DNA of 64,000 bases from Octopus bimaculoides (Eukaryota), in the NCBI RefSeq assembly GCF_001194135.2, contig NC_068992.1, positions 45,043,146 through 45,107,145 on the forward strand, given 5' to 3'. The notes below the pieces were generated by a model. That model did no database searches, had not been told where the DNA came from, and worked only from the letters and a program-made list of their open reading frames with translations. How positions within the stretch are numbered: position 1 is the first letter of the stretch; every line of letters starts with the position of its first letter. A program made the translations under genes and the position numbers. Of the stretch, positions 12,500 through 23,349 are shown in pieces.

Positions 12500-12780
12500 A
12501 GTATTAATTGATAGTAGGAGGTGGATTTTGTATTAGACTTTTATTAGGTAGAACATATGTTTTGACCCAAAAGTCTGGGTCTCTTCAGGTACATTGATAA
12601 AGATGTCTCTCTAGATATTTTTTGTGTCGTCTGGCTTGTTGTTGTATACCCATCCAGTTCGAGAATGAATAAAAGTAAAAAATATTGTAGAAACGCAAAA
12701 GATTCAAATACGAACGTGGAAAACATTCGTCCCAGTTTAGGTAAAACGACGTAACCATCTTTCGCTGTCACTGTTCTTTT
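12500..12780 (-). mobile_element. Penelope-like terminal repeat fragment with a decayed type I hammerhead fold
   Basis: Minus strand CTGAAGA-GACCCA-gacttt-TGGGTC-AAAAC, palindrome ACATATGT, then AATAAA. This order is typical of Penelope pseudo-LTRs. Confidence 0.6.
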
Positions 12781-13315
12781 TAACTCAGGTGGAATAATCC
12801 GAGTTGTGGTTGTTAAGTTTACATTAGTTAAGTATGGTTACGATTGTAATTTGTGAATGTGTGTTTAGCTACATGCAGCCATCTGGGTAAGTGTGGAATA
12901 CGACTGTCACTACAAAAACCTGATGATTGTGCAACGCATGAAAATACTAGTTTATTTCGATATTGTGAAATTGTAATATTGTAATATTGTAAAATTGTAA
13001 AAATTGCAAATAATAAAACGTGAAAATCAGACTAAAATTGAATTTCTTTGCTTAATATATTGTTCTATACATAAGCATACAAACTCGTNNNNNNNNNNNN
13101 NNNNNNNNNNNNNNNNNNNNNNNNNNNNNNNNNNNNNNNNNNNNNNNNNNNNNNNNNNNNNNNNNNNNNNNNNNNNNNNNNNNNNNNNNNNNNNNNNNNN
13201 NNNNNNNNNNNNNNNNNNNNNNNNNNNNNNNNNNNNNNNNNNNNNNNNNNNNNNNNNNNNNNNNNNNNNNNNNNNNNNNNNNNNNNNNNNNNNNNNNNNN
13301 NNNNNNNNNNNNNNN

Positions 13316-13403
13316 AAGTGTCTTCTACTATAGCCTCGGGCCGACCAAAGCCTTGTGAGTGGATTTGGTAGACGGAAACTGAAAGAAGCCTGTCGTATAT
13401 ATG

Positions 13404-13434
<31 letters not shown>

Positions 13435-13636
13435 TTGTATGTCTGTGTTTGTCCCCCCCAATATCGCTTGACAACCGATGCTGGTGTGTTTATGCCCCCG
13501 TAACTTAGCGGTTCGGCAAAAGAGACCGATAGAATAAGTACTAGACTACCAAAGAATAAGTCCTGGGGTCGATTTGCTCGACTAAAGGCGGTGCTCCAGC
13601 ATGGCCACAGTCAAAAGACTGAAACAAGTAAAAGAG
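13316..13636 (+). mobile_element. Family B SINE, consensus-like; head lost in the gap
   Basis: Core, internal TA/TG microsatellite and tail all intact with CpGs retained. Confidence 0.92.
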
Positions 13637-14094
13637 TATATATATATATATTCACACAAACACAGACACTGACATTTAGGGAATGGAATCACAAATACAA
13701 ACATCTGAAAAATTATGTAAACTTGTAATATTTTGGGAATATCTGAGAAAGGGAGACAAATGCCCGATAATCGCAAGAATCCGTGCATTACACGATGTCG
13801 AGGGCGACTGATTTCGGAAATAGTTTGAGATAAATTTAAGTAATTAATATAAAAATTAAAGTGCGCAATAAAGGAACTCACGGAAAGTTTAGAAGTAATC
13901 TAAATAAAATAAGATGCATTCAAGGTGAGAAAGTGATGAAAACAATATGTGAACATTTTCTGATAAATCTTTGACAAGAACTGTCAATAAATACAAGTAC
14001 AGTTTATTAGTGTGCATGAATACACTCGAATACACACAGAAATGTTATTCATATAATAAATAAATCTATATGTGTATACATATATGCCCGTATG

Positions 14095-14129
<35 letters not shown>

Positions 14130-14793
14130 CAAAGATAGATATAAATATATGTGTGTATGTGTGTCTGTGTATGTATAGGCATATATAAACAAACCACCCA
14201 AGACATCAATAAATGAAACTTCTACCAACATATCTCAAACAGCACTAAAATTGAAAACTAGTATAGACACGAAAAAAAACACGTCAAATCTTTTCTTTTT
14301 ATGCACTGACAATATTTATACATCTTACACTTATCGTATATTGGTTTTTTTCCTCGGATTCTTCTGAGAAAATATCTGTTGAACTAGGTTATTATACTTT
14401 AGGGTATGGTTAATGTATGGTTTAGTCATATTTATAGCTTTTTTTATATCTGCCTTTATTTCTTATTTCTTCGTATTTATGTGTGTTTATGGTGATTTAG
14501 TATGTACGTATATGATAAGTGTATTTCTGTCTGTGTTTGGATATGAAATATATTAGACATACACACACACATTCTCATGCACGCTCGCTCACACACACAC
14601 ACGCGCGCGCGCGCGCGTATACAGATATGTATGTGAGTGTGCGTGTGCATGGGTGTGTGTGTCTGTGTCTGTGCCTGTGTAGTTATAAGCTTTTACATTT
14701 GTACGTATATATAAATATCTATATCCATGTATACATGTATGAATGAACATTAAACCCGCAGATGTATGCGTTTATAGATTTGGGATATGTATG

Positions 14794-14867
<74 letters not shown>

Positions 14868-15126
14868 CATATATATGTATGTATATATATATTATATATA
14901 CATATGTGTGCATGCATATACATATGCGTGTGCTTTATATATACATATACAAATATACATATATATATATATGTACATATATATGTATGGGTCCGTGTGT
15001 GTACATGTGTGCGTATCAATTCTTTCGTTTGAAAATTCTGATGTAATCTGAGAATGCATCAGTAAAACACTGCCGAAACAGCTGTTGTAAATTGTGGACC
15101 CCACTTGTGTTCTTCTTTTATACGTG

Positions 15127-15190
<64 letters not shown>

Positions 15191-15887
15191 ATATATATAT
15201 ATATCTGCGTGTGTATGTGTTATGATTAGAAAGAAAAGAAACCAAGGAAAAGAGAGAGGGTGGGACCAGATACTCTCTTACTTACACGATATGATGCAAA
15301 CATTAAATAAATGTTATCGCCTAGAAACACAGCGGAAATTTTACTATGATGGAGACACCTTAAAACCAGGTGCGTTTGCATACGCACCTTTAATCATGTA
15401 GCCTTATTAATGTATAATTACGTCTATTTACATTATTTAATTTAACATTTCGATATATCATCGAGTTCTTTCTTCTTTCACACGAAGCAAATAAGGCGCG
15501 AAGTGCTCCCCATAAAATTAACACGTTTCGTTACTGTTGCAGCCAGTACATCTCTTAAGTCATATCCTAGTTCTGCTGTGGGACTCACCATATGCCCAAA
15601 GTGTGCTGCTCGTTAATGTAGTTCATCTAAATATTGATTTTGCATAAAGATTACTCGCTAATCCAATAGAGATGTTTTAATGGCTGTCAAATGGGTTTGG
15701 ATCATCATTGTACATCCTCTCCATTAACTAATAGTTTTATTCTATATTTGTTCATGACAATGTCAATTACTTTGTTTTAAACCTAGCAAACCTAAAAACA
15801 TCTGCTAGTGCAGAAGCACTAATATATGTATGTATATATGCCTATGTATACATATACAGATATATAAATATGCATATGTGTGTGAGT

Positions 15888-15957
<70 letters not shown>

Positions 15958-15980
15958 GCATGCATACTTACATGAATATA

Positions 15981-16013
15981 TATATAACCTTAATCTGACT
16001 TACATCACCATTT
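15981..16013 (+). promoter_or_regulatory. Candidate TATA box and initiator of protease gene 2
   Basis: TATATAA at 15981-15987 and CCATTT at 16008-16013 (A at 16010, 29 nt from the TATA start), 23 nt before the ATG; lies next to a (TA)n microsatellite, so chance is possible. Confidence 0.4.
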
Positions 16014-16032
16014 GAAGCATTACGAGCTAGCC

Positions 16033-16087
16033 ATGTTTACTCCGTTTCTCTTGATTACCGTATTAATTGCAGGAAATGTTGTCGAAG
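16033..16087 (+). CDS. S1A serine protease gene 2, exon 1 (signal peptide MFTPFLLITVLIAGNVVE)
   Basis: gccATG context, hydrophobic core LLITVLIA, phase-1 donor G|gtaaga at 16088 that fits the phase of exon 2. Confidence 0.82.
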
Positions 16088-17298
16088 GTAAGAGAGATAA
16101 CTGATTCAAGTCATAATTAGTTTAATTACTTTCATGAATAAATTCGTTTCAAAATTAATGAAACGTTGAAGCTGTATACCATATAATTTCGTTATTTTCA
16201 AAATGTATTCTTAAAACCGCAATAAAGAGGATCACTCATCAAAGGTCTTAGTTTACCGGGCTTCTTTTATATAATTTTTAAAACTAAATTAATATTTTGC
16301 TCGTTTATTACGACAGGTAGGCAAAAGTTGTTTATACAGACAAATGTTCTTGGTATACAAGTATTGCTTCAAGCAAACAAGTATTAACTTAGACAAGTGT
16401 TGTGCTGTTTTTGATAGTTTTTTTTTTTGTTGTCGTTACTTTTGTCTGACATGTGTTGTTTCAGATAGACAAATTTTGCTTTAAATAGAGAAGTATTCTT
16501 TAATTAAATAGATGTTGTTTTATCGCTAATCTCTGACTACATAACCTTCGTAGTTTTGTGCCAATAAAACTGCCGAGCAACGTCTACACTTTTGGTGCGT
16601 CGGGCGTTATATTTTTCCTGATTGCCTCTTCTAATCTGATGGGTACTTACCCCTCTATTCTATTTTCTGTTAGATTTATTCTTCTGATTCTGTGTTAACC
16701 TATATCTGCTTTGTTCAACTAGATCTCTCATGAGAGAACCACCACTTCCATTCGAGATCACATCCGTCAATTCCCGCCTGTTTGCTGTAGGATTTCCATG
16801 TCGTGAACAATATAGTAATGGAATACTTGTCTTTGTGACTTATCTTGGTTGATCAGCTGTATCAAAGACATGCATTTTGTACAACTAGCAATCTGCAACT
16901 GAATACCTCCAACGTTATCGCTAATCGTTGGCCTGGGGAAAAACCATACTGTCATATAACTTGGTTGCTTCTCTGTTTTGTTCAAGTCCAAATTGGCGCC
17001 TTTAAGAATTCCAGTTTGTAGCTGTTAATGTCTAATAGCTAGATAATTGGAATTGTCTATCACTGTTGTGTTACTGATTAATGAAGGGGTATTCTTTTAC
17101 AGCAGAAACCTTACAGTCACTGCTTATTATTTTCTTCTTGGCTTTATATGTTTATATACTCTACTTGTTCAAAAACACAAAATTTCCCCAAGGCTCCACA
17201 TCGTGGTTTACTTCTGATTAATCATATTTCCTGCTAGATGTTTTGATGTCTCACTTACGTCTGTTTACCTTCAAACATATATATCTGCTTATACATAC

Positions 17299-17346
<48 letters not shown>

Positions 17347-17589
17347 NNNNNNNNNNNNNNNNNNNNNNNNNNNNNNNNNNNNNNNNNNNNNNNNNNNNNN
17401 NNNNNNNNNNNNNNNNNNNNNNNNNNNNNNNNNNNNNNNNNNNNNNNNNNNNNNNNNNNNNNNNNNNNNNNNNNNNNNNNNNNNNNNNNNNNNNNNNNNN
17501 NNNNNNNNNNNNNNNNNNNNNNNNNNNNNNNNNNNNNNNNNNNNNNNNNNNNNNNNNNNNNNNNNNNNNNNNNNNNNNNNNNNNNNNNN

Positions 17590-17634
<45 letters not shown>

Positions 17635-17728
17635 CTACATCTATCTATATATTTATGTATATATATGTATATCGGCAACATGGTCAGTTATCTCTATTAT
17701 TGTAATGTGTTACTCCTTCTCTTTATAG

Positions 17729-17888
17729 TGTTTTCCTCACACCATCGACACATTATGGGAGGCATTAAAGCTGATCAATGTGAATTTCCTTGGATTGTCT
17801 CTTTATTGTTGATTAAAGGAGGAAGATACTTTGTATGTTCCGGAACTCTTATAAACGATCTCCAAATTCTTACAGCTGCTCATTGTGC
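17729..17888 (+). CDS. S1A serine protease gene 2, exon 2 (VFSSHHRH-IMGGIKADQCEFPWIVSLLLIKGGRYFVCSGTLINDLQILTAAHCA) with His57
   Basis: Acceptor ccttctctttatag at 17727-17728, donor gtaagt at 17889; IMGG mature N-terminus, FPW, CSG and TAAHC motifs; phase 1-2. Confidence 0.96.
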
Positions 17889-18204
17889 GTAAGTAAATGT
17901 TTGCATATGACGCCAATATTGTTTACATGTTCTTAAGGAAGGAATTGGTAGTCAACAGATGATAGTTAACATTTGTTTTACTATAACCAATGTTCATCTC
18001 CCTCTTTCGATAAATTTCTTTTCCGTATTTTGAGATCGGTCAAATAGGCACCAGTGATATACTTGAGTTGATACCACTGGCTTTACTATTGATCTGAAAC
18101 GTGCTCTTGTGACTTGTGAAAAAAGAAGTCCATATTACCTTTCTTCACGGACAAACGTTGATTGGACAATTACAATAAAATAACAAGCAATTGTGTTGGT
18201 AATA

Positions 18205-18419
18205 AAATATTGGTTTCAAATTTTGGCACAAAGTCAGCAATTTCGGGGTCGTGGGTAAGTCGATTACGTCGATCTCAATGCTCAACTAATTGATACTTAT
18301 TTTATCGACACCGAAAGGATGAAAGTCAAAATCGATCTTGGCGGAATTTGAACTCAGAACATAAAGACAGTACCTCAAGCAGTTTGCCCGGAAAGCTATC
18401 GATTCTGCCAGCTCACCGC
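18205..18419 (-). mobile_element. tRNA-derived SINE, family A (local name), in intron 2 of protease gene 2
   Basis: Reverse complement ggtgagctggcagaatcg...gagttcaaattccgcc..gtcgatttt..tttcatcctttcgg; homologous to 24238-24450. Confidence 0.85.
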
Positions 18420-18432
18420 ATTAAAGATATAC

Positions 18433-18806
18433 TACAGGGTGATTCAAAACTCGCCATACATAGGAACAATTTATCTTTTTATAAGAAACAGTTTATAAGA
18501 GAAGATTTTTTTTTATTTAACGGGTTCTATATGGTTACCTTTCTTTTGAATACACATTGCAATACGTTTACCCAACTCATTGTGAACTCGTAATAGAAAT
18601 CTGATGATACGTGTGCAAATGAGTTGGTGATGCGTTCCTTCAAATGATTTATGTCTTTTATCTTTCCACTATACTCTATGCCTTTCAAATTCCCCCAAAG
18701 ATAGAAATCAAGAGGGATCACATCAGGGAATCTAGGGGATCTTATAAACTGTTTCTTAAAAAAAAAATTTTTTTCCTATGTATGGAGACTTTTGAATCGC
18801 CCTGTA
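18433..18806 (-). mobile_element. Non-autonomous Tc1/mariner-superfamily element, about 66-bp imperfect TIRs, TA target duplication
   Basis: TA|cagggtgattcaaaac... and ...tttgaatcgccctg|TA; internal minus frame RSPRFPDVIPLDFYLWGNLKGIEY...LKERI matches the SPDLxPxDFxLWGxLK transposase C-terminal motif. Confidence 0.9.
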
Positions 18807-18835
18807 TAATAATTTCATAAATTACTACCTATGAA

Positions 18836-18986
18836 ATTCTTTTCTACTATAGACACAAAGCCTGAAATTTGCGGGGTGGGCAGCTAGTTAATTACTTCGA
18901 TCCCAGTGTTTCACTGATATTTGTTTTATCGACCCTAAAGGATGAAAAGCAAAGTCGATCTCGGCGGAATTTGAACCTAGAATGTA
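18836..18986 (-). mobile_element. 5'-truncated family A SINE
   Basis: tttctactatagacacaaagcctgaaattt...aaagtcgatctcggcggaatttgaac matches family A. Confidence 0.82.
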
Positions 18987-19103
18987 AACTCCGCCTATCA
19001 AATTAAGAGGTTTTATGGTACAATAAAATTTTTAATAGGAAGAATTTGTGATTTATCGTGAATGTTATATTTTGCAATTTAAACGGAATCATACATATTA
19101 CAG

Positions 19104-19228
19104 GAAAGATGTGGACAAAGTCATTGTTTCTGCAGGAAGTAGTAACCGACGGTCCATGACAACATTTACTTATGTTTTCAAATCCGGTATCCATTCTCAC
19201 CCCGATTATGTTGGTCCCCCGGCTTTTG
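19104..19228 (+). CDS. S1A serine protease gene 2, exon 3 (KDVDKVIVSAGSSNRRSMTTFTYVFKSGIHSHPDYVGPPAF)
   Basis: Acceptor tattacag at 19102-19103, donor gtgagt at 19229; phase 2-1; V-x-A-G and HPDY motifs. Confidence 0.93.
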
Positions 19229-19538
19229 GTGAGTAAATCTAACAGTTCGTTCTATTTTTAAAAAAAAGAAACATATCAAAATATTACCCAGTAGAATTGG
19301 ACTTGAAAGTAAAATGATAGAATTTACAATCTCCATATAGAATACAGAAGTGTTAGTCAGTAGGACACATGATGCAATCTTACACACACACACACACACA
19401 CACACATGCACACACACGCACACACACACACACACATACATACACACTCATACACGTGTGCTTGCATCCAAACATACATACATGTATACATGCATACATA
19501 CATACACACACATACATACATACATACATACATACATA

Positions 19539-19938
19539 CAGGCGTGGCTATATAGTAAGTTTCCTTCCCTACCACATGGTTTCAGGTTCAGTCCCACTGC
19601 GTAGCATCTTGGGTAAGTGTTTTCTACTATAGCTTCGGACCGAACAAGGCCTTATGAGTAGATTTGGTAGACGGAAACTGAAAAAAGGTTGTCGCCTATG
19701 TGTGTATGTGTGTGGGTGTGTGCCTATATGTGTACGTCTTTGCGTTTGTACTTGTCCCCCACTATTGCTTGACAACTAGTGTTGGTCTGTTTATCCCCGT
19801 AACCTAGCGGTTCGGCAACTAATACCAGGTTTAAAATAACAAGTATACGGGTAGATTCGTTCAATTAACTACTCTTCAAGGTGGTACCCCAGTATGGTCG
19901 CAGTCTAATGACTGAAACATGCAAAAGATAAAAGATAA
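19539..19938 (+). mobile_element. Family B SINE, full length and diverged, in intron 3 of gene 2
   Basis: Head ggcgtggctatatagtaag...ggttcagtcccactgcg, core and tail gactgaaacatgcaaaaga. Confidence 0.88.
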
Positions 19939-21474
19939 ATACATGTATGCTTGTTTGTGTGTGCGTACGTATTTCAAAATTGGGATTTAAAATCCATGTA
20001 GATTTGAGCAGTAATCATTTTGTACTTAGATTTAGCAGGAAATATTGACAAAAACCTCGAAAATCTAAAAAAGGAGATTTTGAAACAAATACTAGTGTAA
20101 GTTGCTTTCGATTAATCATCTAAATGAACTTATTTACACCGAAGTAAACAAGTAATTAGAGTGGATAAAAGAATATTTGTTCAATAGAAATATTTTGTAT
20201 TAAAATGATTTTTGTTTTATAAAGTTCAACATAACTCATCGTTAAATACGGATTAGATCAATAATGTTTATTCTGAAATTCTGAAAGTATAACAGACACT
20301 GACGTGGTATAAACATTGTTTTACGTTAACTCTCATATATAACTGACAATGTCACATGTTGTGTGGTGAAAAACTTACTTGATATTTCCTTTAATCTTGC
20401 TGAATCATAATAATATTTATGATTCTATTTTATTTAGAAACTAATTAAGTAGCAATGTGTTAAATCAAATCAACGGTTTCATTGTTAGAAATGAATAAAA
20501 AAAAGGAACACTCAGATTCTCACTTTGTTACGAAAGCCAACAATTTCAAAAATATTTCAAGAACTAAAATAAATTCTGGCCAATGACGAAGTAATTCAAT
20601 GGAGATATTTTGATATCATTCTTCATGGGAGACTAGAACCGTTATTAAAACATAATTAAGTGTAATATTGTCTAAATTCATAATGATAAAAGTTGTTTAA
20701 TTCATTTATTGGTACGTACCAAACTGAGATCTCCATCGAATATAACGATGTTGAAGTCATCTAAGTAGAATTTACCCATGACCAGTCGACAATATAATAG
20801 GACATTTTATGTTTAGTATTGAAACAGTTTGACAATGAAACCGTTTCTTAAACAGTCATTATTTTTCAAAAAATCTATTATTTTCAGTTAAGTTACCCGA
20901 ACTTATTTAAAGTAAAGAGTGTTTATTATGGAAAAAAAAACTAGGGTCGGTAACAATATAATAACCACTGGCCTCTACTGGTTTTCTCACGCGCTACATA
21001 CATTACTATTTGCAGTTTTTCAGAAATATTAAAGTAACTAAGCATATAAAATATTAAACAATTGAAGTGTAAAAGTCATCTGATGGAAATTGTTTCAAAC
21101 AGTGAAAAAAAGTTTTTTAAATATTTCCATTCCGAAGCGTACTTCTTACATATCGTCAGTTTAGTAACGATGTATCATACCTTCTTCATATTCCGAAATG
21201 TAAAACAAAAGAGGGCCATTAATTACACCACATTCACAAATCCAAAATGCATAACAAGTGTTATTGTTAAAAATGTTATTGTATCAACAAGCAAATAGTC
21301 AAGTTTATTTATTTATTTTTTTTTTTTATATGGAAGTATAACTTCCATATGAAAATTAAAGCATTATTAAACTATATTACCTTAATTTTGGAGGATGGAA
21401 AGAATAAAAACTTCCAAAACACAAGCAGATTTAGATTTTTCTAATTATTCCATTCTTTTGTCTTGTATAGTACA

Positions 21475-21523
<49 letters not shown>

Positions 21524-21651
21524 TCACGCACGCGCGCACACTGAGACACATATACGCATGCATGTTTACATACGCCGTCATCACTACAATGACATCCTAA
21601 AAGCCGTTATGTGTATATGCCATTCTACCTCCTCTTCTTTTTTCGTTACAG

Positions 21652-21783
21652 AGAACGATATAGCGATTCTAAACCTACCCTCTTCAATCAGTGACGGTCA
21701 CTGTATTAAGCCTTTAGGCATTCCCCAGAAGGGAGAAAAAATATCAAACAACTGTGTCATTGCAGGCTGGGGAGTCAGTTCCG
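21652..21783 (+). CDS. S1A serine protease gene 2, exon 4 with Asp102 (ENDIAILNLPSSISDGHCIKPLGIPQKGEKISNNCVIAGWGVSS)
   Basis: Long pyrimidine tract with AG at 21650-21651, donor gtaagt at 21784; phase 1-1; NDIAIL and AGWG motifs. Confidence 0.96.
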
Positions 21784-21905
21784 GTAAGTATGATATTGCT
21801 TTGTAGCACACGACTAAATCGAATGACAAATGTTACATGAATACAATGACCTAACAGTATTAAGCCGCACACAAAGATATCGACTGTACATGAATGTATG
21901 TGCAT

Positions 21906-22125
21906 ATTCTTTTTCTCTTTTTACTTGTTTCAGTCATTTGACTACCGCCATGCTGGAGCACCGACTTAAAGGTTTTGATTCGAAGAAATCGGCTCCAGGA
22001 CTTATTCTTCGTAAGCCTAGTACTTAATTTATCGCTCTTTTCGCCGAACCGCTAGCTTACAGGGACCTAAAGGCATCAGCATCGGTTGTCAAACGATGGC
22101 GAGGGACAAATACAGACACATACAT
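21906..22125 (-). mobile_element. Family B SINE 3' half, in intron 4 of gene 2
   Basis: tttacttgtttcagtcatttgactaccgccatgctggagcaccg...gccgaaccgctag...catcggttgtcaaacgatgg. Confidence 0.88.
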
Positions 22126-22132
22126 ACAAATA

Positions 22133-22174
<42 letters not shown>

Positions 22175-22175
<1 letters not shown>

Positions 22176-22330
22176 TTCAAATTTATGGAAGAAAACAAAA
22201 GATGAAGACAGGTGTAGGAACAACAAGCAGGTGTATTAGTTTGACGCTCGGGAAAATGGAAAAGTCTGTTTTACGTTTCGAACCTACGCAGTTCGACAGA
22301 CTGGATTAAGAAGGGAAAATGGAGAGAGAG
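22175..22330 (-). mobile_element. Possible second Penelope-like terminal fragment
   Basis: 7-bp stem AGTCTGT/ACAGACT encloses a GAAC/GTTC hairpin plus GAAACGTA on the minus strand; the hammerhead CUGANGA core is not intact. Confidence 0.35.
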
Positions 22331-22889
22331 TCGAAAAAAGCGAAGAGAGAGAAAATGTGCAGAGTTCAACGGTTCAACATGGCGAGATGACTGAAAAAAA
22401 AGAAGCTGAATGAAAAGGGAGATAATAATAATGATAATAACGGTAACAGTGACCCCCAACGAACTAAGGTACGCAAGCGCGCGTGTGTGTATGTGAGACT
22501 ATTGTGTGTGAGTGTGTATGTGTGAATGGATGCGAGTGAGTACGTATGTGCGGGCGAATGTGTGTGTGCGTGTGAATGTGCGTATGGACTCGTTTATATG
22601 TATGAGTATGCGTATGAACGTGTGTATATGTGTGGGGCTAACGTGTATGTGTGTGCATGTGTGGCTGTATCAAGCAATAAATACTTCTTCCATAATATTT
22701 TAATCGCAGTTTGAAAAGCGTTTTACTATGAGTACCTAGGTGTCTGATTAACTGGCAGGTAACATTTTCAGCTAATAAAAAAAATTAAAATAATCCATAT
22801 GTTTAAAAATCTCTCTCCTGTTTGTATATATGTGTGTGCACGCTGTTAAATAAATTGCTGAATATTGTAATACTAATTAATGTTTTCAG

Positions 22890-23032
22890 GAAATAGTTAT
22901 GGTACAAATCAGCTGCAGACTGCCAAAGTAAAATCATTCTCACAATCACAATGCAAACAACATTTTTCGCGTATCACTAAGCAACAGTTGTGCGCTGGGT
23001 CTGGGGTTCGAAATGGAGCTGAATCTTGCCGG
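22890..23032 (+). CDS. S1A serine protease gene 2, exon 5 (GNSYGTNQLQTAKVKSFSQSQCKQHFSRITKQQLCAGSGVRNGAESCR)
   Basis: Acceptor gttttcag at 22888-22889, donor gtaagt at 23033; phase 1-0; LQTA and QLCAG motifs. Confidence 0.96.
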
Positions 23033-23349
23033 GTAAGTATGAATACTCTCACATTCAACAACTACATCCATTATGTGATTAACGAATTATTGCACGAGAC
23101 AGTAAACTCAAGCGTCGTTGGTCGCATCCGTCTTCTTACTGATAGTGAGCTGAGTAGAGTAACAAGGCAATGAAATTCATAATAGTTATGGATGTTCGTG
23201 GCTTCTTAAGTGCTGCTGACGCCGAGTTTTAAGTCGTTTACTTGTCAGAATCTGATCTCAGTATTCATTTCTAACGTTTGTATAACATTACAAACAGCAA
23301 TTAAGTCAATCTGCGCCAGATATCGAGCTAAATTCCGAATGAAAGAATG

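Noticed and set aside
12919-12965. CTGATGA...GAAA hammerhead-like motif
   Set aside because: Stem II opens with a T-T mismatch and no stem I can be formed.
14519-15245. His/Thr-, Cys/Val- and Tyr/Ile-repeat ORFs here and elsewhere
   Set aside because: Translations of dinucleotide microsatellites with no splice or codon evidence.
3700-16000. Additional protease pseudo-exons between the two paralogues
   Set aside because: I found no IxGG, TAAHC, NDI, GWG or GDSGGP remnants by eye. About 2.4 kb of this interval is N, so they cannot be fully excluded.
3075-23023. Idea that A-to-I editing recodes Glu189 (GAA) to Gly to switch specificity
   Set aside because: The relevant A has a 5' G neighbour, which ADARs disfavour, and I see no local duplex. 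There is no evidence without RNA data.
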